The notes: generated by a model not told the origin, from the sequence alone. A stretch of 64,000 bases of DNA from Macrostomum hystrix (GCA_950097015.1 CATNEN010000025.1:2294001-2358000), one strand, 5' to 3'; counted from the first letter of the stretch, positions 12,411 through 26,205 are shown. Numbers and translations: made by a program.

Positions 12411-15400
12411 GGCGCCTGTGATTCTTAAGCCTTCCTAGTTCTTTTCTGTTTATTCTCTGTTTGGCTTTCTGTTAGGCTGTGTCCGAGTTTAAATTTAAAA
12501 CTGAAATAGTTAGTCAGCGAATGAAAGTTTCTGTCTGAAAGCTGGTACAAATTAGAGAATAATAATGGCAATTGTAAGATGTGAGACTAGAGAAACATAA
12601 TAAGAGATTGTGCTATCGATAAGCAGCAAATATACGTGTTATACCACCTCTAATTTGTCTCTATTGTCTCAAAACAGCAAAGAATTTATGATGCTAGTTA
12701 GATTTATTGCACAAAATGACTAGCTCGTATGTAAGCTCGCATTAAAAAATAAGTTAATTAAAGAAAAGCAACTCAGATACCATTAAAGTTTTTCCTTTAT
12801 TGAAAATATGCAGCATCTAAACTCCAGGCGAAAAATAAGTTTGGTAAACAAAGACTCGATAATTAAGAATAAAGAATCTATCAGAAAGATCCTGACAAAT
12901 TAATAACTAAATGTTTGTTTTGCTGTGAAAACTTTGTACTACTAATAATGCACTGTGCGGAAATGAGTTCACAAGTTAGTTCAATCGTTCAAACAATAAA
13001 ACTGCCGGTTACCCAAACCAAAAATATTAGCGGGCAAAGCCAGACGATAGTGAGTGGCATGCTTAACAATACATAATAAACTGTTAAAACATCCGCGAAA
13101 AATAGAAGTGAATCTTAGGTTAAACATCTGCCTCAGAGATGACCCTGGATATGATGAGGCAGAAGCAACTGAGGCAAAAAGGTTCGGAAAACATTACTAT
13201 GAGGCAGGAGAGCGTAGCTTGGCAACTAAACAACTGGCAATCTTCAAGCAGGCCTCCTTCAGATTTTCAGGCTGACAAACATCAAGCTATTATTCAAGAT
13301 TGTTCACTGTAAGTGCAGTTTTCAACTTAAAAGACTTTATAAAAACGGTGCAATTCAAATGTATACGATTCGATTTACAACCGAGCCACGACTAAATAAT
13401 AAATGAGAGAGCAATGAAAAACAAATTGAGATCCGCTGTTTTCAAGGGAGATTTTTCATGGGGATAGATCATGACAATTCCCGTCTAAATATGCAAAGTA
13501 CATTTATATTTCTACCTATAAAAGATAAATTTACGGAGATAAGAAAACCACAATTCACCTGCAAAAATTGCAAACTATTTAAGGGCGAAAGTCTTAATTT
13601 ATCACAGACAATAAAAAAGAAAAATATAAGAAAGTCTATTGTGCGGCGTGCGTGCAGCCAGTGACTGAGAGAGAAATCAGCGTTTGTGTACAAAAATAAT
13701 GCCTACGTGATGAATATACGGAATTCATAACAAAAAGACTGAGTCGAAAAAATCTTTAGAGGAAAGGAAATTTGTCTAACTTTAAGTTCCCAATTCTAAC
13801 TTTAATCGAGACTTTTGATCTTATAGATCATTTGAAGACCAGCAACTTTGTACAGCTCGAAGGCAAATAAATAAAATGAAATAGATAGGTACACGTTTGA
13901 GATAGGAAAAGATAACCGTAACACAGGAGAGAGGAGACAGGAAGAGATAAGACTGGAGAGATAAGATAGGGGAGAGAAGGTTAGGTTTAAGGAAGCCAGA
14001 TTTAGAAGTTTGCGGGCGGATTTGGCCCGAGGACTAAACTTTGAAGTAGATAAGCCTGTACTGCGTTTTGTGTGTGTGTACAGACACTGTACAGCAAGCT
14101 ATTATCTGCGGCTCTACTGTTATCAGTCAAAGCGCCTAGCCCTAGCCTTGACTATTGCGTCTAATTTGTGTGTGTGGCTTGGCCCAGTGTCCGCAGATCT
14201 GCCCTCCCACCCTCCCCACCCCCGCCCTAGTTGGAGGCCGATGACTCATAATCACGTGCCCTGCCGATTCAATCATAATAGCGAGAGGCAAATACTAAAA
14301 TTAGTTCCTTCTCTCTGCCCCAAACTCTACCCCACAGCAGGATCGCTCTACCCCCTATCCCTCCCGCGTATGAGGGGTGGTGGTAGGAATTTTGTGACTG
14401 CATGACTAATGCTTAATCCTAATAATCCTTCCTTCCTAAAAATCCTTTCTTCCTATAAACGAATCCAATAAACTGACTAATGAGAATAATTTTCGACCTA
14501 AATATAAATCGCAATTTCTATTTAACTGTACCAATTGTACTAATTTCGGATTTTTTACATTTGGAGCGAATTCAAACTACTTATTACTTTTTGACATGGT
14601 AAAAAATGAAGATTCTGTTATGATCCATCTGCTCCATTTGTTACTTTCGACGTTGTGAAAAATTGGTGCTTGTAAAAGTAACTTTACCCATGAAGTCCCG
14701 CTATTTTGTTCAATTGCGAAGCATTCAAACGGATATTATCATGGAAAGTTGATACGCCTAAATTCAATGTCCTAAAATCTGCATCTTATAGACCGATCTT
14801 GTCAACGTGCACTATTACCCAACACTGAAAAGCAAGCTATATGATAGCATCTGTGATGTTTTTTACAAATGAAAAATAAATATAATCGATAGAGAAAGCA
14901 AGCAGCGATGCACTCTAATAAAGGATAACTCCTGCACTTTTAAAGGATTTTTCTATAAACAATTTTTGCGATTAATTGCGAGCCACTGACGAATGACAAT
15001 GCGTAAATAAATTTCACCATAAACAATAATAAAAAGCAAGAAATTAAATTATATTAGGTCCGATACAATTGCACAAGGGTTCCAACTTATATAGTTAACG
15101 TACATCTTGATGGTCTAATAAGCATGAGTCACACAAAATAGTTCTAAATTTAGATCAAAAGACTGTGAGTCAGCATTTCACACTCCACTCTACACTTTTT
15201 AGTAATATTTATAAAACACATGAGATTCTGGCGTTTTACTACTAATCAGTAGTAGCAATGCTTTAGACTAGAATTTTTTACCACATAATATAACAGAAAT
15301 ATAATCACAAGATTTTACATTAGCCGCTGGTTTTCTCTGGCGTGTAACTATGCTTACACATAGTTACCTATGTGTACACATAGTTACACATAGTTGGCGG

Positions 15401-15495
15401 CATCTTGGTCGTCCTTCGTAGTCTACTATGAGCAGTAGCAGTAGCTCTTGAACAAACATTTAAGCCACCTAAATTCCAACGTATTCTGAAAAAAG

Positions 15496-17149
15496 CTAAG
15501 CAACATGAACAGCGGACAGCAGGTCAGCTAGCTGGGTCTCATCTGGCGCTCTGTCTAGCACTCCGCCAATATAGGAGGCAATGCTGGCTGCGGCATCTAG
15601 CACGGCACTCTCCAATAGAAACGGATGCTGCAACAATTGACGATATTTCGGCCGCTTTTTAACTTCTTTAGTTAGGCAGAGATTGACAAAGCTGCGAGCC
15701 TCCTCAGAGAATCGGCTGTCAGTTAGCCTTGGCGGATCACTTTTCACCACCTGTTCCAACTGCTCAAACATTGTGCCCCACTGTCTGTAGGGGAAGCGTC
15801 CGGTGCAGAGCTCGTAGAGTGAAATGCCCAGCGACCAGACGTCGCTGCGCACGTCGTAGCCTTCGGCCATTCTCTGATGATCGATGCGCTCCGGCGCCAT
15901 GTAGGGCCGGCAGCCGGCGTCGCGAGTCTTGGCGATGCTGTCAACCAGTTTGCCTGCGATGCCGAAGTCACAGAGCTTAACTCGGCCGCGTCGATCAGCT
16001 AAGATATTGCTAGGCTTCACGTCGCGATGCATCATGCCCAGCTTCTCTTTTAGGTAGTCTAGAGCTGAGACTGTTGCTAGGGCTACTCTAGCGATAACTA
16101 CCTCAGGTATGGCTTCGTTCAGGTGATGGTAGACTATTCTGTAAGCAGGTGGAGCATCATATTCTATAAGTGTGAATTAGGAAAGAAAAAAATTTAAGCC
16201 GACATTAAATAGGCTTTCACATTTGACTGATAAGTAATAAAATTCAAACCACAATGATGCTACAATTGGGATGTGTTTTTAAAATGTTACATTTGAGAGT
16301 GTTGTAATCAGGATTATGTAACATTTGAGAATGTGAACCAGGGTTATGTAACATTTGAGAATGTGAACCAGGGTTATGTAACATTTGAGAATGTGAACTA
16401 GGGTTATGCTACATCTAAGAATGCGAACCAAGGTTATGTAATATCTAAGAATGTGAACCAGGGTTATGCTACATCTAAGAATGCGAACCAAGGTTATGTA
16501 ATATCTAAGAATGTGAACCAGGGTTATGCTACATCTAAGAATGCGAACCAAGGTTATGTAATATCTAAGAATGTGAACCAGGGTTATGCTACATTTCAGA
16601 GTGTGAAGCAGGAAAATGTTTTGGCTTTGTAAACAGCAAGGCTCTATCTGTTTACTTTAAGTCATATTAGACAACTGTACTTTAAGCTGCAAATAACATT
16701 GGGACAGACCTGTAGAACTTATCCAAACTGGTGTCCATAAGCTCCATGCAGATCCAACAGTCGCCCTCCTTGAATAAAGCGCCATAGGATCTTGCAATGA
16801 ATTCGCACTGACAATTGACAACAACATTTAATTCCAGCAGCATGTTCTTCTGCTGACGCTCGTCAACTGTTGACCGAATCCGTTTGACAGCTAGCACTAT
16901 GCCAGTTGGCGTGTACCGCATCCGATTCACAGCGCCAAACGCGCCTCGCCCAATTTCGCCGAGATCTTCCAGATCTTCAACGCTGAATTGTCGCTCTTCC
17001 TCGTCTGGGAGGCATAGTTTTCCAACCGCTGGCATCAACTGATTCTGCTGCTGCTGCTGCTGCTGCTGCTGATGGTAAATAATTAGAGGCGGTCGGGTAA
17101 TGCCACCGAAGGCTAATTCTAGCCTAGGCCGGGGCCGGACCCGCTCCAT
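15496..17149 (-). CDS. MAP2K4: MAP kinase kinase 4 (MKK4/SEK1), 2 coding exons
   Basis: Exons 17149-16710 and 16138-15496 (phase 2). GEIGRGAFG loop, HRDVKPSN, and activation segment LVDSIAKTRDAGCRPYMAPERID characteristic of MKK4; basic-hydrophobic D-site RPRPRLEL at the N-terminus. Confidence 0.92.
16295..16605. repeat. 30-bp minisatellite in MAP2K4 intron with 60-bp higher-order dimer
   Basis: ATGTAACATTTGAGAATGTGAACCAGGGTT-type units, about 10 copies; later copies alternate between two variants. Confidence 0.9.
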
Positions 17150-18344
17150 GCCGGCTGTGAGCTGCTGACTGTTGCTCTTGAAATTAATTTGTTATAATAA
17201 AAAGATTACAATTATAACACATTATAGCACTCAAGACTTTTCCTGACATAAAATCATAATTTATTAAGCATGCACCAAGGTGCAGCCAACATTAAAGCCG
17301 CAGCTATTTGACTAATTGACCCAGCTAGTGTCTTAGTGTCTTGCCCAAGGGCAGAAATTCCTCCATCATACTTGGGAAAGTGATTTTACAATGTCATTTC
17401 ACACTGCACAGTGTCACATAAATATATTAAAAATGCAGTTTTTCATTTCCTTGTACATAGTAGGTAATTATATAACGCTATTGTACATAAACGAACTTCC
17501 TAACTAGTTTTAAGACCAGAGGCCAGGGACTTGCATTTTTTAATATAAATTATGACTATCATAATCAGAGCAATTCTAAATATATGACTTTATGTCATAA
17601 AATAGCAATGCTTAAAAATATATTATAATATAGCTTCAATGCAATATCCAGACTATATACTACAAAGTTAAGACTGTTATTTGTTAAGCTATAGTCAAAT
17701 ATAAGAATCTGTCATAATTTTTTATACATACAGAAGTGCAAAAAATAGACAATAAATTTATGAATAATGCTAGTCCAAAATACCATTTTTAGCCTTGTAT
17801 AGCTTGGCAATTTATCTAAAACTAATTAATTTTTTATTATTGCCAAATTAACAAAAAACTGCTGTATGTACAACTGTTATGTGGTGTGTAACAAACTTTT
17901 TAAAGAATAGCTAAACTTGTACAAAAAACGATATATGCCCAATTCTGCAAATGCACTTTGCTATTTCCAGTATCCAGTATCCAATATATAATTTTTCCAT
18001 ATCACTGAATTTGCTACTATAGTAATATGTATATCCATAGTTACAAAGTTGACCTATTACAAAGAGACCTATAAAGAGTGGGTCAGTTCATGAACTTTGT
18101 TATGATGTTATGAACAAAGAATAAAAACATGGTCACTTTGGTAACTGCTCATTTATTGACATACAATTGGCAACTATAATATGTAGGTAATTAAGTTAAG
18201 GTAGATTTGACTCTTCTGATTTAGATATTTGAATGGACATGTATAGTATATTGTTATAACACCTTACCACACTTACATGTCAGTGCTTTAACAAAATTAT
18301 AGTTTGTTAAAGCAAAACAAAATTTAGCAAAATTTTGTTATAGT

Positions 18345-18545
18345 CTTCTGGTTAGAGCATTGGACTAATGTCTGAAAGTTCAGAGGTTAGATTCTAGACT
18401 CCACTGGAACAAGTTGTGTCCTTAAACAAGACATTTAACTTTGTGTGGATTCTGTATACCTAGCTGTTAAATGGTACCCAGCATTGGCTTGGGTAATTGA
18501 GGGTGGGTGTGCATCTCCTTAGTCCATAGACTGAACAGCCAAGCC
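18345..18545 (+). mobile_element. Diverged tRNA-head/CORE-like SINE copy
   Basis: TGGTTAGAGCATTGGAC...GACTCCACTGGAACAAGTTGTGTCCTT...CCCAGC...GGTACC...GACTGAACAGCC aligns to the better copy at 46526. Confidence 0.7.
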
Positions 18546-18697
18546 CTGACCAAAATTGCCATATTCAGGATAGCAATAACTTGAATTTTGACAAATATCA
18601 TCAAAAAGTTGTCTTCTGTGTTTGCCCTAATTGGCTCTGCTCTATCTTTGCACCACCACATCAAAGCATGTCAAATGAAACAATATAAAAAACTCTA

Positions 18698-20030
18698 CAA
18701 AAGCTCCATACATGCGCAACCTCCCAAATTTACACCGGCCGTGCGACTTCGTTTTTAAAAAAAATGCGACATACCTATGCCCAATTTTTTTTATCTGGGT
18801 AAACGACAGGGGTAACTATGACTGTGTTGCAATAGTAAAATGCCTCGTCATCTAATTAGTCTTCCGCTGGCAGCAGTGCACTCTCGATCGTCAGCGTGAA
18901 TGAAATTGGTGAGGTCAGCTGCGTGGCGTCGCCCGTCAAGCTGCTTCCCTGCTTGTCCAATCGGATCTTCCAGGTGGTGCCGGAGACCATGAGGCTCAAC
19001 ATCACCATCACCATACTCACGAATTTGTCATACTGTACGCCAGAAAAATGGTCTTGTGTGCCAGAAATTCAAATTTCAAATGTACGCCAGGAAGCAAACT
19101 GTAGCCCATAAAATGTACGCCAGAGAGAAATTTTAGCTTACAATAGAAGAACACATCTAATGCCCAAGACTCTGGAACATTTACTGCGAATTCACATTAA
19201 TGTACCACCATTGAGAAAGTTTAAACCAGATCAATATGTAAATGACTGGCTTAAGAGTCACTGGCGATCTGATGCTTCTGGAGGTCGTCAACAGCAACCT
19301 ACTGCAACTTCTGATGCGGAGAATATAGAAGACTCACATTCGGACTTGCAGAGTGGACTTTTTTGAGTTCAGTAACTTCAGTTCCTATCCCTATAAGTTT
19401 AATGCACTGTAATAAATCTGATTGCGACTTACCTCCCCCTAAATGTGACTTACTTCCCTCTGAATGCGACTTACTTACCTTGGAATGCGACTTACTTCCC
19501 TCTGATTGCGACTTACTTACCTTGGAATGCGACTTACTTCCCTCTGATTGCAACTTACTTCCCTCTGATTGCGACTTACTTACCTTGGAATGCGACTTAC
19601 TTCCCTCTGATTGCGACTTACTTCCCTCTGAATGCGACTTACTTCCCTCTGAATGCAACTTACTTCCCTCTGATTGCGACTTACTTCCCTCTGAATGCGA
19701 CTTACTTCCCTCTGAATGCAACTTACTTCCCTCTGATTGCGACTTACTTCCCTCTGAATGCAACTTACTTCCCTTGGAATGCAACTAAGTTGCCTCTGAT
19801 TGCAGATTTTGTCACGTTTTTGCTTCTTTCCCCATCTGCTTTCCTTCCTTTCTTCTTTCCTTTCTCTGCTTTCCTCCTTTTCCTGCCTTCTTTTCTTTTT
19901 TTCCGCTCGTTTTTTTCTGTCCGATTTTTTTCTCAGGTGGCCATTTTTGCGACTTACCTTGCTTGGCCGGCTTGTCACCCGGCCGGATCGGCTAGGTCGG
20001 CCGGGTGTTGCGCATGTATGAAAAGCTCTG
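18698..20030 (+). mobile_element. Decayed non-autonomous hAT-type DNA transposon
   Basis: Imperfect TIRs: CAAAAGCTCCATACATGCGCAAC at 18698 and GTTGCGCATGTATGAAAAGCTCTG ending at 20030. Internal broken hAT C-terminal dimerisation-like remnant (ERNFS.../NRRTHLMPKTLEHLLRIHINVPPLRKFKPDQYVNDWL, about 19120-19366). No clean 8-bp TSD seen. Confidence 0.6.
19430..19790. repeat. 21-bp minisatellite inside the hAT derivative
   Basis: Unit GCGACTTACTTCCCTCTGAAT, about 17 copies; explains the spurious ORFs at 19299, 19363 and 19445. Confidence 0.95.
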
Positions 20031-23000
20031 TACACCTATGGGTACATTCAGTATATATCATAGTCTGGTTCATGTACACTATGCCAAATAAATCTAGCAT
20101 ACATTCACCTTAGGTCTAAAAGTTGGTGTACAAATTGGGATACACTGCCAAGGTTAGCACAACTAAGTTGGCAAATTTGGCATAAGTTGGTCAGAAAAGC
20201 ACAAATTTCAGAAAAGTCAATCTAATTACTATGAGAATTTTATAATTTTATTAATATAATTTTGGTTGCCATTTGTGCAGTGTTTTATTGGTAAGGCCCT
20301 ACTTGCATATATATTTTTTTTATTGTACATGTTTTTGTTAATTGTTACTGTTGAAAAATTTAGTAGGCCCCCCCTAAGTAAAAAATGTAAAGCATTTTAG
20401 CCCCTAATGGAGCAAATTTAAAAAAGCTGCGGAGACTCCTGCTAGGCGCACAGGTGCGCAGTTGTTTTCAAGAAAAAGAGTGCAAATCCGCAATTGCTAT
20501 ATATCTTCAGTCTAACTCAATATAGTAATTGATTTCACGAAAAAATGTCAAAAGACCTTTTTTTGATCTCCGCAGTGTATTTCTAAAAATAGAACAGGTA
20601 TGTGGTGATTTCGCATAAATACAGATGCATAATATCAAATGACCTTTTTTTATCTCCGAAGTGTATTTTTTTTAATTAGAACAGCTAAGTTTGTCTTTTT
20701 GTACTCGGGCACTACGGAGCATCTATTTGTGTAAGGGCACAAAGGCGCACTGTTTGTTATACATCTACATACTTATGACAACTTTACACACACAAGGCGT
20801 GGCCACGCGGACAGGAATTTCTTTCTGCACAGCCTCGTAGGCAATTTTTCACAAGCGCGCCAGACGCTGTCCACAAAAACCCCTATTGGCTCCAATAGGG
20901 ATTTTAGCTATATTAACTTTGGTTTTTTATTTGAGATTTCAAATACAAATGTTTGTCTGAATCACTCTTTATTGCACTTTTAAACATTTTCTGATTGGCA
21001 TAAAGTTTTAGGGCTATTTTTTCACTTAGCATAATTATGCATGATAAAAAGATAAGCATGTTGAATTTTTACTGACAATCTAACATATGGCCAGCATGAT
21101 CCCAACTATATGCATGCTGGGATTCATGTACATTAACTCTACTTTAATAGGGCCTAATCAAAATCATGTACTTTTAACTATGTACTTTTAAACATTAAGA
21201 CAACCCCATTTTGTTCATTTTCTTATCTGCACTTAGGAGACCTAACACTGTAACAGTCACACTTTAGTAGGGCCTACTTTATCAATTGATTTAACAAAAT
21301 GGCAGACAGGCAGTCAACATAATGACTAGCACCCACAATTATTTGATAATTCAAAGATATAAGCACAAGCAGAACAAAACAACCTACAAACCTTTTAAGA
21401 ATTTTTGTGAACTTTCAAGTCTTTTGATTTGAAATTGAAACCACTGTCATTTTTGTCAGACATTTTTATGGTGGCTGTCATTATCTGAGGTGAGTATAAT
21501 CTAAAGAAATGCGAATGCCTACTTGTCTAGTTATTTTAAGCACTTCAGTCTTCTACTAGGCCTACTAGTACTAGAACTACTTGTAAATTGTCTAGTACTT
21601 CTACTAGCTGGAGCTGATCATGGTAAATAGTTGTGTCAATATTCAACTTTGTCCTTGTGTTTCAGAAAAAGACTAAACACGGAAGGTAATAAATAGCTAT
21701 ATCGAAACCAATAGCAGCATGATGTTATAGGCTTATAGCAGCATAAGTTTTTTGAGCGTTATTACTTAATGCATATACACTTTGTACAAATTACAACATG
21801 CTGCAACCGCAACCTGCATCTGCATCAGTCAACAAGAAAATATGTAGTTACTAATGATATTAGATAAATCTAGAATAACTTATTATAATCTATTTATTCC
21901 TAGAGGTACTATTGCTTGCCAGTTTTAAACTACTAACCACTAGAGTGGACCACTTTAACTGGACTGGACATGTAAGAGCTTAAATTAAAGTGAACGTTCA
22001 TCCTTCTTTTAAAACAATGCCTTGTCTTTCTTACAATCCACACATGTTAAATTCACACATAGTTTGTCCTTTCTTAAATAGTAGAACCGAAGTTTTTGTA
22101 AAAAAATAATGCAAAAATCGTGTGCCTTAGAGAATTAATTTGTTTATCGTCATAGAATACGTTAGACCGAGCCCAGCTTCAAGTGCACGCCTTTCAAATA
22201 GATTCGTATCTTCAATACGAATAAATATATTTGTATAAATTCATATTGATTCAAATACATCACATAACTTAAATTTAAAATCATTGGTTGTTGGGCGATT
22301 TTTCTAGTAGTCAAAACGGGGTAACAAGCCCCTAAGTATACCGGCCGTTTTGGAGCCTAGGTGTGTCAAGGGCAAAAAGTAACCACAAATCAGTTTTCAA
22401 TGATTCCCGTTATAAAATGATTTAATTAGAATGATTTTAATAAAACAATATTCGGCAATAGTAATAAGCTATATGAATGCTGGTAGTCCCGTATTAAGTA
22501 GTCCTTGCAATCAGCACCTGCACATTCGAGGTGCGTGCGCAATCGTACTGATGATTGTGTGCCACGTAAACTGGAATTATAATCACCCGGATACCCCAAT
22601 TTGCTCGCTGATGTTTGCCCGCCGGATTTTTGTTATGCTTGACACTTTTTGCAATTTGAGTTATTCTTAATTATTATTTTAAAGGACATGCATCTCGTAT
22701 ACAATATAGAGTTCTATATATTTCATATAGATAAGCTGTGCATGACATGTTAGTCAACAGGATCGCAGATGATTTACCTGTTACTGAGTCACTGAGTCCT
22801 GACAGGAGGTTGAGTCCGAGCTTAAATTAGATAAATTGCACGCTGCCGGCACGCTATATAACTGAACTAGGGCTGGGCTGCTGAAGATCTTCTGACTGAG
22901 GTGGGTTCTCTGCCTTGTCTGATCCGCTGCTAAAGCTATAAGAACTGGCAGAAATCTTCAGCTGCAGACAATCGGCGACTTGATGCGACTTAGTCTGCAC

Positions 23001-24254
23001 TCAAGGTGTGCTTCTCATCACTTAATGGGTTTTCACTTGCGGCTTGTGCATGCAATGGAATAATTAAATATACTCACGCTAACGAAATAAATACTTGCCT
23101 TGAAACACACTAAAGTACCCTACTCTCTTATCATGGATAAATCATCTATGATCCATGATCCATTGATAAATCATGCATGTTCATGGTATTTTCATGCATG
23201 GATTTTTAAAACTTTCCATGGTAAAATCATCCATGTCAGGGAGTTCATACGGGAAAATAAATAACTAAGCTTATAAAAAATTTCAGGCTATTTTATGTAT
23301 ATCTAATAAAGTTTTAAATATATTTAATAAAAGCGAAATTGTAAATACAAAAAATAGTTTAATAAATTTGTTAAAATCTTCACCTACAAATTGCTTTGAA
23401 TATATTACCAGCAATTTTGTTGGCCATTTTGTTTCGGTTTAGTTAATTACGGACTTAACTTCCCATAAACATAAATTACTAGGCCTATTTTTCCTTTCTA
23501 AGAGGACTCTGTCACTCTTGCATGTTGTCATCATTTCATTATGTGTCACTATGTGCTATGTTTATGTTTATGTTTTTTCTTAGCTATATACTTCCAGTTC
23601 CACTTTTGGTAGCTAGTTTTAAAATTCGGTGGCTTGTAAGGTTTTTTGACATGCTAATTTTGATCTTCACTCCTTCAGTGAAAATTGTATTTGTAGATAT
23701 ATTAGAAAATAGAAACCCTATTATATATTATATTTGGGATGCAAAGATAACCTATAGGGGTTAGATGTATATTTTTGAATGATATTTTGCTGCATTTTTA
23801 TAATGATAGGTTGGCCTAACCAAAGCCAAAGGCCTAGTCTAAAGTGGCATCCTAGACCTAGGCCATAGCCTAATGATAAAAATCACATGGTAGGCTGACA
23901 GTTTCAAAATAATAAAAAATAATAGTATATTATGGTAATTGGTACTTAATTTCGAGACCTTTCATGTCCTTTGTATCTAATATACAGTCTATAATCAAAA
24001 CTAGACTAGACTAGGCCCAATTAGGCCTAATATTGTCTACTTTGTATCAGAAAATCCACAATGGCACAACTTTATAATTATAGGCCTATATATAGGGCCT
24101 AGGCCTTATATTATAATTTTTATTTAAAATCATAGGGGCCTAGGGTCCCTACATTAAATTTTTTTTATATACAATTCTAATTGGTTTGTCATTGGCCTCT
24201 TGATTGATTCTTCAAACCTTATCTCCTTGTGAAACTTTTTCAGAAGAAATTGTT

Positions 24255-26205
24255 ATGGATGATATTGGATTAAGTGCATCTAATTCTAGGCCTCTTCGAA
24301 AGCAGACAAAAAGTACTTCTAAATTTGGAAATGACAATTCAGCATTGTTTTTCTGCTTTATTCTTCACAATGTTGGCCATGATGAGCAATATGTGACCAT
24401 TGCATTTGGGTCTCCCTATTGGCCAAGTACAATAACTAATGATGAAAAGTTGGAACTTGCACAAGTAAGATTTTAAGTTGGATTTATATGCATAATATTT
24501 TGTTATTGAGTACATGGTTTCTAAAACAAATTATTCCAACTACAAATGTAATATTACTTTATTAAATTATATTTTAGGGGACTAAAGTCTTTTTACGCAT
24601 GTATGGCAAACTATTTTCTGCTACACTTGTGGCAAAAGGTAGTGAAAGGCAAATGGCTTCAACTATGAACCAACTTTCCAACTTGGTTAGTGAGGCTGAA
24701 AATACTGATTCATTGATTAGCCAAGCTATTGAGCTTTTTGCAATGAAAGATCCCCAAGCTGGCATTGCAAATGTAAGGACAATAAGGTCATCTAGTTCAA
24801 AGCAGGTTGCTTCAAGTTCTAGTTGTCATCAGCATGGACTACTTGACGAGCTTTATGAAGTGGATAGTGAAAGTGGCGAACCAAATTTGGCGATACCAGC
24901 TACTCAATCAATGGGTAAAACTGCAATATATATGAACTATTAATTGTTTGCAATTTGTTTTTTTTGTTGTATTATTTGATTAATTATTATTTTTTAGAAA
25001 AAGCCATTTCTGCATTTGAGAGAGAGGCATCTTTGGTTGAAAATGAGCAAGCTCGTGCCACAGGCCTCTTGGAATCAAGTTTGTATATTCTATTACACCT
25101 AATTGAAAACCAAATACCAAATGAGTCAATATTTTTGTAGCAATAAGCCTTTTTTATCACTAGGTGCAATTCAAGAAGTGCAACCCCTCCGAGGGGTACA
25201 GATAGTAAACAGTGAATCGGATGCAACAATGAAAGGTATAATTTTATTTTTTTAATATGATACAATCACATTATTAAAAATCAAAATCACCATATTTTTA
25301 TATATGAGCATATATCTTACTCTAGATCTAAAACTGTTCATTCAATCCGAGTTGCTTTCTCTTGAGAAGCGTCTTGCTGCAAGGATATGCCGACTTTTAA
25401 AAAAGGATGACAACTTTGGTGGAATGCTAACAATTAAAGAATACCAAAATGAGGTATGTCAGTTTTTTCTTAGCATCAGCAGCATCACGTCTGTAGTATA
25501 AAAGTTCTACTATATAATAACATTTTTTAGGAATTTAGGTGCATTGATGGTTCCCTAGCTGAGCTGTCTTCAATTCTTTGCAACGATCCTAAGGTGTTCC
25601 TCCGAAGGTATATCAAGCTGCGATTTGGCGAAGGCTACTTGCTTGAGCATATAATCGATTCATCCTGTGGTGCTCGCAGTTCCCGAAGGCCTGCTCCATC
25701 TGAGCATGTGACAGAGTTTCAACGTAAATATATATATATAATTTTTTCACAGTTTTGTGCAATTTTTTTATTATAAAGCAATTTAGGCTAATTAATGCTA
25801 AATGATCTGAATCCAATACTTGGGATATTTTCTAAAAAAACACATTTAGGTCTGAGATAAAAGAAATTGAGGAAAAATAGTTCTAAAGTTCAATACATCC
25901 CATTGACCTATTTAATGATTAGCATCATAAATCAACTTCCTTTTAAATTTAGCCTATTTCTACTATAAACACAGTACACAATGTCTATTGTAAAAATATT
26001 TTACTATACTCGTGAATTTTCAGGTTTGCTTCAATTGTGCTATCGAACATCTGGCTACGACTTCCACGAAATCTGGAAGTCTGTACGAGACCATCTCAAT
26101 CAGCTGGCCAGGGAGGAGACACGGGCGAGAAAGCGAACTTCAACTGCTGCTTCTGGACCCGAGTCAGGGGATTCCATTTCCCGCTCAAGGCGAATGGGAC
26201 CGTGA
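24255..26205 (+). CDS. Transposon accessory protein (TnpA-analogue), 7 exons, 400 aa, BEN-like C-terminus
   Basis: Exons 24255-24464, 24578-24914, 24998-25078, 25164-25235, 25326-25453, 25531-25723 and 26024-26205. All GT-AG with compatible phases, giving 1203 nt with no internal stop. The BEN assignment is by eye (FLRRYIKLRFGEGYL...IWKSVRDHLNQLAR). Confidence 0.7.

Noticed and set aside
19580-20035. Lys/Arg-rich 151-aa ORF resembling a protamine or basic protein
   Set aside because: Composed of the purine-rich subterminal region and the 21-bp repeat of the hAT derivative.
22431-22670. Possible PAN/apple-domain remnant (CAIV...C...NYN...CSL)
   Set aside because: Cysteine spacing is not convincing, there is no splice context, and it is on the opposite strand to the lectin-like fragment.
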